Positions 37,525 through 45,413 of a stretch of DNA of 61,034 nucleotides are shown in pieces. Under the pieces are notes generated by a model. The model saw only the letters and a list, made by a program, of their open reading frames with translations. It had not been told where the DNA came from and did not search any database. Position numbers and translations under genes: made by a program. Origin of the DNA: Candidatus Methylomirabilota bacterium (GTDB lineage: Bacteria; Methylomirabilota; Methylomirabilia; Rokubacteriales; CSP1-6); the NCBI GenBank assembly GCA_046727415.1, contig JBKPCO010000112.1, positions 1-61,034 of the forward strand, read 5' to 3'. The stretch's first letter is position 1; every line of letters begins with the position of its first letter.

Positions 37525-38418
37525 CTAGGCGCTGCTCGGCGGCCAGGTGATCTTGAGCGCGTCCATACGGCGCAAGCGGTCCTGGCCCAGCGCGCTGTCG
37601 TAGACGTCGGCGAGCGCCTCCGGTGTCCAGCCCTCCTGTCGCGTGATGGTCCGGACCTGCACCGGATGTGACCAGAGCGACACCTGGTTACCGCGAACGT
37701 GCAGGATTTGGCCGGTGACATGGGCCGCCCGATCGCTCGCGAGAAACGCGACGACCGGCGCGATCGCTTCGGGCGGTGCCGCCGCCTGGGCCCGGCGCGT
37801 GTCGGGAAGCCGCTCGGTCATGCGGGTCTCGGCGGTCGGCGAGATGCAGTTTACGGTCACGCCGTACTTCGCCATCGCGAGGGCCGTCGAGCGGGTCAGC
37901 CCCACGATGCCTTCCTTGGCTGCCGAGTAGTTCGGCTGGCCGGGGCTACCCTCGAGCCCGGCGGTCGACGTGAAAGTGATGATCCTCCCGTAGCGGCGCT
38001 CGCGCATGTGACGCGTGGCCGGGCGCATGACCGTGAAGTGGCCCTTGAGGTGGACGGCGATCACGCTGTCCCACTCCTCCTCGCTCATGTTGAAGATCAT
38101 GCGCTCCTTCAGAATGCCGGCGCAGCAGACGACGATGTGCAGGTCGCCGAAGGTATTGAGGGCAGCGTCGATCATTCCCTGGCCGCCGGCCATCGTCGCG
38201 ACGCTCTCGGCGTTGGCGACCGCCCGACCGCCTTGGGCTTCGATCTCCTTGACGACCGCCAGCGCGCGAGCGCTCGACGGATCGCGTCCGTCGACCGTCA
38301 CGCCGTAGTCGTTGACCACAACACTGGCGCCAGCGGCCGCAAGGCCCAGCGCCACCCCGCGCCCGATCCCACTCCCCGCCCCCGTCACGACCGCGACCTT
38401 GCCGTCCAGAAGGCCCAT
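37525..38418 (-). CDS. SDR-family NAD(P)-dependent oxidoreductase
   Basis: 297 aa with 'TGAGSGIGRG' and the 'YSAAK' catalytic motif. Confidence 0.9.
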   Translation of the reverse strand: MGLLDGKVAVVTGAGSGIGRGVALGLAAAGASVVVNDYGVTVDGRDPSSARALAVVKEIEAQGGRAVANAESVATMAGGQGMIDAALNTFGDLHIVVCCAGILKERMIFNMSEEEWDSVIAVHLKGHFTVMRPATRHMRERRYGRIITFTSTAGLEGSPGQPNYSAAKEGIVGLTRSTALAMAKYGVTVNCISPTAETRMTERLPDTRRAQAAAPPEAIAPVVAFLASDRAAHVTGQILHVRGNQVSLWSHPVQVRTITRQEGWTPEALADVYDSALGQDRLRRMDALKITWPPSSA

Positions 38419-38502
38419 GACTTCCTCCGCAGTGCGCGCCGCAGGCCGTCGCGGGGCTGGGGCCCCGCCGGCCGAGGTGCGCCGATTGATAGTCCCGAGA
38501 GA

Positions 38503-39216
38503 CTACTCCACGCCGATGAGCTTGGCGAGACGTTCCCCGTCAGCGGCGAGGGCGGCCGAGGAGCCGTCGTAGACGACGCGCCCCTTGTCCATGACCACGG
38601 TGCGGGCGGAGAACGCGAGCGCGACGCGGCTGTTCTGCTCGACCAGCACGATCGAGAGCGCGCCCTCTGCGCGCAGCCGCGCGAGCACGCCGGCCAGCGC
38701 CTCGACGATCACCGGCGCCAGCCCCTCGGTCGGCTCGTCCATGAGCAGCACCGCCGGGTTCGTCAGGAGCGCGCGCGCGATGGAGAGCATCTGCTGCTCG
38801 CCGCCGGAAAGCTGGCTGCCGGCGTGCGAGAGCCGGGCGCCCAGGTTGGGGAACAGGTCGAACACGCGCTCCTGGGTCCACGGCCCCGGCCGGGCGCCGA
38901 CGGTCAAGTTCTCGCGGACGCTCAGCGAAGGAAAGATCTCACGCTCCTGCGGCACGAAGCCGATGCCGCTTCGCGCGCGGCGGAATATCGGGACCCGGGC
39001 GAGGCTCGCGCCGCCGAGCAGCACCTCGCCCCCGTGCAGCGTGGTGTGACCCATTACCGTCGCCAGCAGGGTGGTCTTGCCCACGCCGTTGCGGCCGATC
39101 ACGCTGACGCTCTCCCCGGCTTGCAGCGCAAGGTTCACGTCCTCGAGCACGACGGTGTCGCCGTAGCCCGCCGAGACCTGCCGGAGCGCCAGCGCCTCAG
39201 CCACGGGCCGTTTCAC
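38503..39216 (-). CDS. livF: Branched-chain amino acid-type ABC transporter ATP-binding protein (LivF family)
   Basis: 237 aa with Walker A 'GRNGVGKTT', signature 'LSGGEQQ' and Walker B 'LLMDEP'. Confidence 0.9.
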   Translation of the reverse strand: MKRPVAEALALRQVSAGYGDTVVLEDVNLALQAGESVSVIGRNGVGKTTLLATVMGHTTLHGGEVLLGGASLARVPIFRRARSGIGFVPQEREIFPSLSVRENLTVGARPGPWTQERVFDLFPNLGARLSHAGSQLSGGEQQMLSIARALLTNPAVLLMDEPTEGLAPVIVEALAGVLARLRAEGALSIVLVEQNSRVALAFSARTVVMDKGRVVYDGSSAALAADGERLAKLIGVE

Positions 39217-39955
39217 CGAGATAGACGGCGCGCACGTCGGGGTTGGCGCCGATCTCCCGGGGAGTTCCGCTGGCGAACACGGCGCCGCTCACCAGCACCG
39301 TGATCCGTTGCGCGAAGCGGAATACGAGATCCATGTCGTGATCGATGATGAGCACCGCGATCTCCCGCGGGAGCCGCTCGACGGCGTCGAGAATGATGTG
39401 GCTCTCCGCGCTGGGCACGCCGGCGGCGGGCTCGTCGAGCAGCAGCACGCGGGGCCGCAGCCCGAGCGCAATGGCAATCTCCACCAGACGCTGGCGGCCG
39501 TACGGCAATTCCGAGACACGCCGGGCGGCGTCGGCCGACAGCTTGAGCGCGTCGAGGAGCTCCATCGACTCCTCGACCACGTCCCTGCGCAGGCCGGCGG
39601 GCCGCAGCATAGACGGCGCCGCGCCGGTCCGCTCAGCGACTGCGATGTAGACGTTCTCCAGCGCCGAGAGGCGGCGGAAGAGGCGGTTGATCTGGAATGT
39701 GCGGGCAATGCCGAGCTTCACCCGCTCGGCCTCCGGGACGTTGGTGATGTCGCGCCCGTTCATCAGGATGACGCCTGCGCTGGGCCGCACCACGCCGGTC
39801 AGGAGATTGATGAACGTGGTCTTGCCGGCGCCGTTCGGGCCGATCAGCGCGTGACGCGCGCCGGCCTCGAGCCGGAAGTCGATGTCGCGGGTCGCGATCA
39901 GCGCGCCGAAGCTCCGGCAGAGCGCCCGGGTTTCGAGCAGCGGCGCGGCGCTCAC
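39197..39955 (-). CDS. livG: Branched-chain amino acid-type ABC transporter ATP-binding protein (LivG family)
   Basis: 252 aa from the GTG at 39955, which overlaps the livM stop. 'GPNGAGKTT' and 'LPYGRQRLVEIA'. The 582-aa ORF-track entry over-extends into livM. Confidence 0.9.
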   Translation of the reverse strand: MSAAPLLETRALCRSFGALIATRDIDFRLEAGARHALIGPNGAGKTTFINLLTGVVRPSAGVILMNGRDITNVPEAERVKLGIARTFQINRLFRRLSALENVYIAVAERTGAAPSMLRPAGLRRDVVEESMELLDALKLSADAARRVSELPYGRQRLVEIAIALGLRPRVLLLDEPAAGVPSAESHIILDAVERLPREIAVLIIDHDMDLVFRFAQRITVLVSGAVFASGTPREIGANPDVRAVYLGETARG

Positions 39956-40965
39956 GTCGCCCTCGGCGCACGCAGCCCGCGCGCGGCGGCCTCGACGATG
40001 CCCAGGATGCCGTTCTTGGCGAACAGCGCGATGACGACGAGCAGGAGCCCCAGGCCGAGCTGCCACGCGGTCGGATAGATCTTGGACAGGAAGTGCGACA
40101 GGGCCATGTACGCGACGGCGCCGACGAACGCGCCGTAGAGACGGCCGTGGCCACCGAGAACCAGGATGATCAGCACGGTCGCGGCGCGGTCGAGCCCGAG
40201 CGTACCCAGGTTGACGTAGGCGTTCGCCTGCGCCCAGATGCCCCCCGCGACACCGGCGATCGCCGCCGAGAGGACGTAGCAGAGCACCAGCCGGCGCCGC
40301 ACCGGCGCGCCGACCGCGTGCATTCTGAGAATGTTCTCGCGGACCCCGGTCAGGCTCTGGCCGAACGGCGAGTAGACCAGCGTGCGCACGAAGATGAAGC
40401 AGATGAACAGCACGGAGAGGACATAGAGGTACTGCGTGCGCGGGTAGAGCGGATTGAACTCGAACCGTCCCAGCAGCGGAGCGATCGGCAGACTGTCGAG
40501 GCCGTCGAAGCCACCGGTGTAGTCGTGGGCGAGATTGGCGGCTTCTTCCAGGAGCGCCATCGTGCAGAGGGTGAGCATCAGTAGTGTCAGCCCCTGCGTG
40601 CGCAGGAGCACGACGCCCGAGCCCAGGCCGACGAGCGCAGCCGCCAGCGCCGCGAGGATCAGCCCGGTGATCGGCTCGTTCCAGATCCCATGCTTGGCCA
40701 GCATGCCCACCGCGTAGGCGCCGGCGCCGAAGAACGCGGCGTGACCGAGGGTCACGATACCGGCGTAGCCGAGGACCAGGTCGAGCGAGAGCGCGAAGAG
40801 GATCGTGACCAGCACCTCGGTGCCGAAGCCAAGATACTTCGGAAAGGCAAAGTAGAAGGCCAGCGCGAGCAGCCACGGGATCGGCTCCCACGCTCGGAGG
40901 CGGTGACGCTCGGCCAGCGCTTGCGCGGCCGCGTGCTCGGCCCAACCGCTCGACGGTGGCGTCAT
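39952..40965 (-). CDS. livM: Branched-chain amino acid-type ABC permease (LivM family)
   Basis: 337 aa, polytopic, with 'GYAGIVTLGHAAFFGAGAY'. Confidence 0.9.
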   Translation of the reverse strand: MTPPSSGWAEHAAAQALAERHRLRAWEPIPWLLALAFYFAFPKYLGFGTEVLVTILFALSLDLVLGYAGIVTLGHAAFFGAGAYAVGMLAKHGIWNEPITGLILAALAAALVGLGSGVVLLRTQGLTLLMLTLCTMALLEEAANLAHDYTGGFDGLDSLPIAPLLGRFEFNPLYPRTQYLYVLSVLFICFIFVRTLVYSPFGQSLTGVRENILRMHAVGAPVRRRLVLCYVLSAAIAGVAGGIWAQANAYVNLGTLGLDRAATVLIILVLGGHGRLYGAFVGAVAYMALSHFLSKIYPTAWQLGLGLLLVVIALFAKNGILGIVEAAARGLRAPRAT

Positions 40966-41837
40966 GCCGACCGAGCGCCGAACAGGCCGTGCGGGCGCCA
41001 GAGGAGCAGGAGGATCGTGAGCGCGTAGATGAACGCGGTGCCGCCCTGGGGCACGTACTTCTTGAGCGTGAAGTCGAGTACGCCGATCAGGAGCGCCGCC
41101 CAGAACACGCCGCTCACCCGACCCAGGCCGCCCACCGCCACGACGATCAGGAAGTAGACGAGGTACTTCAGCGCGTATTGCGGGTCGAGGCCGAGGAATT
41201 CGGCGCCGAGCCCGCCGCCCAACGCCGCCATGCCGCTGCCGAACGCGAAGGTGAGCGTGAACAGGCGCGCGATGTTGATCCCGAGCGACTCGGCCATGCG
41301 CCGGTTGTCGACCGCGGCGCGGATCTGAGCACCGATCAACGTGCGCTCGAAGCCGAGCCAGAGGCTGCCGGCGATGGCGGCGCCGACCATGATCAGCACG
41401 ACGCTGTAGGTGCGGTACTGGACGAAGCCCAGGTTGATCTGGCCCTGCAGCATCGCCGGCAGCCTGAGCGGCTGGTTCTCGGGCCCAACCAGGAGCGTGA
41501 CCGACGCGATCATCATGAACACGAGGCCGATGGTAAAGAGCACCTGGTCGAGCTCGGCCGCCCGGTAGAGCCGCGCGTAGAGGAGGCGCTCCAGCACCGC
41601 GCTCGCGACGGCGGTGACGGCGAACCCGACGATCAGGGCGGGTACGAAACCGACGCCCCAGTGCTTCATCACCCCCGCGATCACGTAGCCGCCGAGCATG
41701 GCAAAGCCGCCGTGCGCGAGATTGACGAAGCCCATCAGGCCCATCGTGACCGACAGGCCGACCGAGACGATGAACAGCACCATGCCGGCGGCGACGCCGC
41801 CCAGGAGCATGCTGGCGACATCGACGCCGAAGATCAC
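40962..41837 (-). CDS. livH: Branched-chain amino acid-type ABC permease (LivH family)
   Basis: 291 aa with 'GFVNLAHGGFAMLGGY'. Confidence 0.9.
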   Translation of the reverse strand: MIFGVDVASMLLGGVAAGMVLFIVSVGLSVTMGLMGFVNLAHGGFAMLGGYVIAGVMKHWGVGFVPALIVGFAVTAVASAVLERLLYARLYRAAELDQVLFTIGLVFMMIASVTLLVGPENQPLRLPAMLQGQINLGFVQYRTYSVVLIMVGAAIAGSLWLGFERTLIGAQIRAAVDNRRMAESLGINIARLFTLTFAFGSGMAALGGGLGAEFLGLDPQYALKYLVYFLIVVAVGGLGRVSGVFWAALLIGVLDFTLKKYVPQGGTAFIYALTILLLLWRPHGLFGARSA

Positions 41838-41856
41838 GAAACGAGCAGCGCCAATC

Positions 41857-41972
41857 GGGGGCTTGGGGAGCGCCCGGAGCCCCCTTGACCGGATCGCGTC
41901 GCCGAGGGGCGCCCCGGCTCCGCCGGGGCGCCTCCGAGCGATGGGGGGCTTGGGGGGCGCCCGGAGCCCCCC
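41857..41972. repeat. GC-rich structured intercistronic repeat (REP-like) between the binding-protein gene and livH
   Basis: GGGGGCTTGGGGAGCGCCCGGAGCCCCC (41857-41884) and GGGGGGCTTGGGGGGCGCCCGGAGCCCCCC (41943-41972). They flank an imperfect palindrome carrying two more GGGGCGCC(C)-type cores. Confidence 0.6.
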
Positions 41973-41974
41973 AT

Positions 41975-43183
41975 CTATTTAGGACTAGCCGCGCACGGCC
42001 CGATCTTCTGCTCCTTGCAGGCGTCCTTGACCCCGTCGATCTTTCCGATGACCTTCTGGAACACGCGCCCGTCCTTCATGACCGCCTCGGACAGGTACTC
42101 GTTCATCACAATATCGCGGGTGACCGGATCGATCATGATCGGGCCGCGCGGGCTCGCGAACTTCCAGCCCTTGAGCGCCCCCAGTGCCGCGTCGGTCTCG
42201 ATCTTGCCCCTGAGCGCGTGGACGACGTGGACGATCGCGGCCATGCCGTCGTAGCCGCCGACCGCCATGAAGTCGGGCGTCGTGCTGGCGCCGTACTCCT
42301 TCTTCCACGCCTCGACGAAGCGTGTGTTCTCCGGATTGTCGAGGTCGGCGTGGTAGTGGTGCATGGTGATGAGGCCGACCGCCGCCGAGCCCATCGCCTG
42401 GAGCTTCGTATCCTGCGTGATGTCACCCGGGCCGATCAGCCGGATGCCGGCTGCGCGCATGCCGAGCGCCGCGTAGGTCTTGACGACCGCGGCGGCGTGG
42501 TCGCCGGCCGGGACGAAGACGAAGAACACGTCCGGCTTCATATCCTTGGCGCGCTGGAAGAACGGCGTGAAGTCGGGTACGGCGCCGGCGCCGCCCATCG
42601 GGATCTCGTCGACCACCTTGCCGCCGGCCGCCTCGAAGCTCCGCTTGAACGCGGCAAGGCTGTCCTTGCCGGGCGGAAAGTCCGTGTAGCCGACGACGGC
42701 GGTCTTGGCGTTCAGAATCTTGGCCGACGCCTCGCCGAGCGCGTAGCCGGCGTGCCACATGCTGAACGAGGTGCGGACGTAGTAGGGCGACAGGTTGGTG
42801 ATGTGCGCGGTGCCCGCGTTCATGATGACCGCCAGCTTCTTGCCGGCGGTCACGATCGGAGCGGACGCGATCGCGTTCGGGGAATAGATCCAGCCGGCCA
42901 GGATGTCGACGTTGTCCTGGGTGAGGAGCTCCTGGACGGCGATCTTGGCGTTGGCGCCGCTCGGGTCCTTCACGTCTCGCTTGATCAGCGTGATCTTGTA
43001 CGGCTTTACCTTGTCGGCGTTGAGCTTTAGATAGAGCTCCATGCCGCGGTCGACCAGTTGGGCGAACTCGGCGCCGATACCGGTGTACGGCAGGTTGACG
43101 CCGACCTTCACCTCCTGGGCGTGCGCCAGGGCGGTGGTCATGGCGAGCGCGGCGACAGCGACGGCGACGATTCGCTTCATCAT
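41975..43183 (-). CDS. Leu/Ile/Val-binding-protein-family ABC substrate-binding protein
   Basis: 402 aa with the signal peptide 'AVAALAMTTALAHA' and a type I PBP fold ('VKVGVNLPYTG'). Confidence 0.9.
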   Translation of the reverse strand: MMKRIVAVAVAALAMTTALAHAQEVKVGVNLPYTGIGAEFAQLVDRGMELYLKLNADKVKPYKITLIKRDVKDPSGANAKIAVQELLTQDNVDILAGWIYSPNAIASAPIVTAGKKLAVIMNAGTAHITNLSPYYVRTSFSMWHAGYALGEASAKILNAKTAVVGYTDFPPGKDSLAAFKRSFEAAGGKVVDEIPMGGAGAVPDFTPFFQRAKDMKPDVFFVFVPAGDHAAAVVKTYAALGMRAAGIRLIGPGDITQDTKLQAMGSAAVGLITMHHYHADLDNPENTRFVEAWKKEYGASTTPDFMAVGGYDGMAAIVHVVHALRGKIETDAALGALKGWKFASPRGPIMIDPVTRDIVMNEYLSEAVMKDGRVFQKVIGKIDGVKDACKEQKIGPCAASPK

Positions 43184-43379
43184 GCGAGAGTCCCTCCCCG
43201 GAGGGTTCGAATCGCGAAAGTGAGTCCCAGACGGCTGGGGCGAATACTAGGGCAAAAGCCGGAAAGCGTGCAAGCTACGGGGCCCGGGGCAGTCACCGCC
43301 CGCGGCGTGTGCAGCGGAGCATCCTATGCGACAATGCGGCAGCCGAACGGCGGGTGCGCGAGACCCAAGGAGGACGAGC

Positions 43380-44426
43380 GTGGCCAAGTTCAAGATCATC
43401 ACACCGAGTGGCGTGAGCTTCACTGTTCCGGGCGCGGGCTACAAGCTGGAGATGGAAGCCCTGGCCCCGATCGACGCGGAGATCGTCGAGATCGCGGCGA
43501 AGACCGACGAGGACTTCGCGAAGGAAGGACGCGACGCCGACGCGCTCTACGCCAAGGGCCGTCGCATCACCAAGACGATCATCGACGGGCTCCCGAAGTG
43601 CAAGGTGATCGCGCTCGGCAGCGTGGGCGTCGACTCGGTCGACGTCGCCGCCGCCACCGCCCGCGGCATTCCGGTGACGAACGTTCCGGACACGTTCATC
43701 GAGGAAGTCGCCGACCACGCGATGATGCTGATCCTCGCCACCTACCGCCGGCTCACCACGATGGACCGGATGGTCCGCGAGAACCGCTGGGCCGAGGGCC
43801 GGCCGCTCCTGTCGCAGTTCCCGCGACTCATGGGCCAGACCCTGGGTCTGATCGCCTTCGGCCACGTCGCCAGGGCTGTCGCGGTGCGGGCGCGGGCGTT
43901 CGGCGTGCACATCCTCGCCTACGATCCGTTCGTCGAGGAGCTGGTGATGAGCCAGTACGGCGTCGAGCCGGTGAACCTGACCGAGCTGCTGCAGCGTTCG
44001 GACATCGTCTCGATGCATGCCCCGGCGACGCCTGAGGCCCAGCATATGCTGAAGGAGCATCACTTCCGGCTGATGAAGCCGGAGGCGCTCTTCATCAGCA
44101 CTGGCCGCGGGCCGACGACCCACGAGCCGTCGCTGATCAAGGCGCTGAAGGAAGGCTGGATCGCCGCCGCCGGCCTGGACGTATTCGAGCAGGAGCCGCC
44201 GGACCCGAACAATCCCCTGCTCAAGATGGAGAACGTCATCCTCACGCCTCACGCCGCATCGGCCTCGGCGCGCTTCGATCCGGTCCGCAAGCGGCGGGTC
44301 GGTCAGGAGATCGCGCTGGTGCTGAACGGGCGCTGGCCGCGGAGCTGCGTGAATCCGGCCGTGCTCGAGAAGAGCCAGCTCGTGCGCTGGCAGCCGTACT
44401 CGATGGAGCGCGGACCGGGCGCGTAA
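43380..44426 (+). CDS. D-isomer-specific 2-hydroxyacid dehydrogenase (CtBP-like)
   Basis: 348 aa from the GTG at 43380 (AAGGAGGA SD). 'GSVGVDSVD', 'GLIAFGHVARAV' and 'TPHAAS'. Confidence 0.85.
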   Translation: MAKFKIITPSGVSFTVPGAGYKLEMEALAPIDAEIVEIAAKTDEDFAKEGRDADALYAKGRRITKTIIDGLPKCKVIALGSVGVDSVDVAAATARGIPVTNVPDTFIEEVADHAMMLILATYRRLTTMDRMVRENRWAEGRPLLSQFPRLMGQTLGLIAFGHVARAVAVRARAFGVHILAYDPFVEELVMSQYGVEPVNLTELLQRSDIVSMHAPATPEAQHMLKEHHFRLMKPEALFISTGRGPTTHEPSLIKALKEGWIAAAGLDVFEQEPPDPNNPLLKMENVILTPHAASASARFDPVRKRRVGQEIALVLNGRWPRSCVNPAVLEKSQLVRWQPYSMERGPGA

Positions 44427-44439
44427 CGACTGGCCGGCG

Positions 44440-45228
44440 ATGGCGCGCAAGCGACTCGTCCTCAAGGACCCGGGCCGCTTCAGCGACCCGGCCAACCTGA
44501 CCTGGGAACGGTACGTCGCGCTGCAGGCCCGCGAGCGCGAGCGTTACCTCGCCGAGCGCGCCACCATCTCGCCGGAAGCGTTGAGCTACCGGACCGTGAG
44601 CCCGCAGTACCTCGAGCGCGCGGTCGACCAGTTCGCCAACAACTACTACTCCGAGCTGTCGGCCACCCACTACGTCGCGACCGCCGCGGCCAATGCGCCG
44701 TTCGACGAGCTGAAGAAGTGTGCGCTGTTCCAGCTGGCCGACGAGCAGCGGCACCTGGAGATGGACCGGGAGGTCTTCGAGCGCGCAGGCATTCCCGAGC
44801 GCGACTGGCTGGCCGCCTGGGAGGCGCCGGGAACCACGTGCCGCTTCTTCCGCCACCTGCTCGAGCTCGAGGACTCGATCGAGATCCTCGTGAAGGGCAA
44901 CTTTGTCGCAGAGGGCGCCGCCGGCCCCGGCACTTTCACAGTTCTGGCCGACGGCGCCGAGGCTCGGGGCGACGTGCTCTCGGCCGTGAACCACCGGGCG
45001 CGCATTCGCGACGAGACCCGGCATATCAGCTACGGCAGGGCGCTCGTCAAGGCGCTCATCGACGACGATCCCGGAAACCTCGCCACGATCCAGCAGTGGC
45101 AAGACGAGAGCCTGCGCCTCTTCGTCGAGGTGTCCCGGGGCGGCGAACGGCAGGAATGGTGGGAAGGCTTCCTCGCGTCGTACTACAAGATCGCCCTAAC
45201 GCTCGGCCTACGCCCGACGCATTTCTGA
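44440..45228 (+). CDS. Ferritin-like di-iron carboxylate protein (function unknown)
   Basis: 262 aa with two E-x2-H motifs ('ADEQRHLEM', 'RDETRHISY') plus upstream acidic residues. Starts 13 nt after the dehydrogenase gene. Confidence 0.55.
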   Translation: MARKRLVLKDPGRFSDPANLTWERYVALQARERERYLAERATISPEALSYRTVSPQYLERAVDQFANNYYSELSATHYVATAAANAPFDELKKCALFQLADEQRHLEMDREVFERAGIPERDWLAAWEAPGTTCRFFRHLLELEDSIEILVKGNFVAEGAAGPGTFTVLADGAEARGDVLSAVNHRARIRDETRHISYGRALVKALIDDDPGNLATIQQWQDESLRLFVEVSRGGERQEWWEGFLASYYKIALTLGLRPTHF

Positions 45229-45363
45229 CGGTTTTTCTCACCTGACGTGGTTCCGGCCTGGCTGGCCAGGAACTCCCCAGGTCCTGACGACGGATCATCC
45301 AGTTAGCCATTCCGTCTCGGCCAAATAGGCAGTAATTTCAGCCGCTTTAGCACCATTTACCCC

Positions 45364-45379
45364 TGGTACGCCGATTGCT
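45364..45379 (+). promoter_or_regulatory. Sigma-54 (-24/-12)-like element upstream of the REC-PilZ-GAF kinase
   Basis: TGGTACGCCGATTGCT matches TGGCACG-N4-TTGCW in 15 of 16 specified or compatible positions. The -12 GC lies 35 nt upstream of the ATG at 45414. Confidence 0.55.
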
Positions 45380-45413
45380 GGAAACAAGGTAGCCCGCAAC
45401 GCGGGCGCCACCT

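Noticed and set aside
43192-43213. tRNA-like T-loop string GGTTCGAATC next to a CCCTCC-cc-GGAGGG hairpin in the 196-bp divergent region.
   Set aside because: No matching T-stem 3' arm, acceptor stem, D-arm or anticodon arm can be drawn. The GGAGGG is simply the SD complement of the binding-protein gene start. I treat it as coincidence.
45229-45300. Hairpin GTTCCGGCCTGG-CTGG-CCAGGAAC after the di-iron gene, considered as a rho-independent terminator.
   Set aside because: The stem is imperfect and bulged, and the T-run lies before the stem rather than after it. Confidence is too low to annotate.
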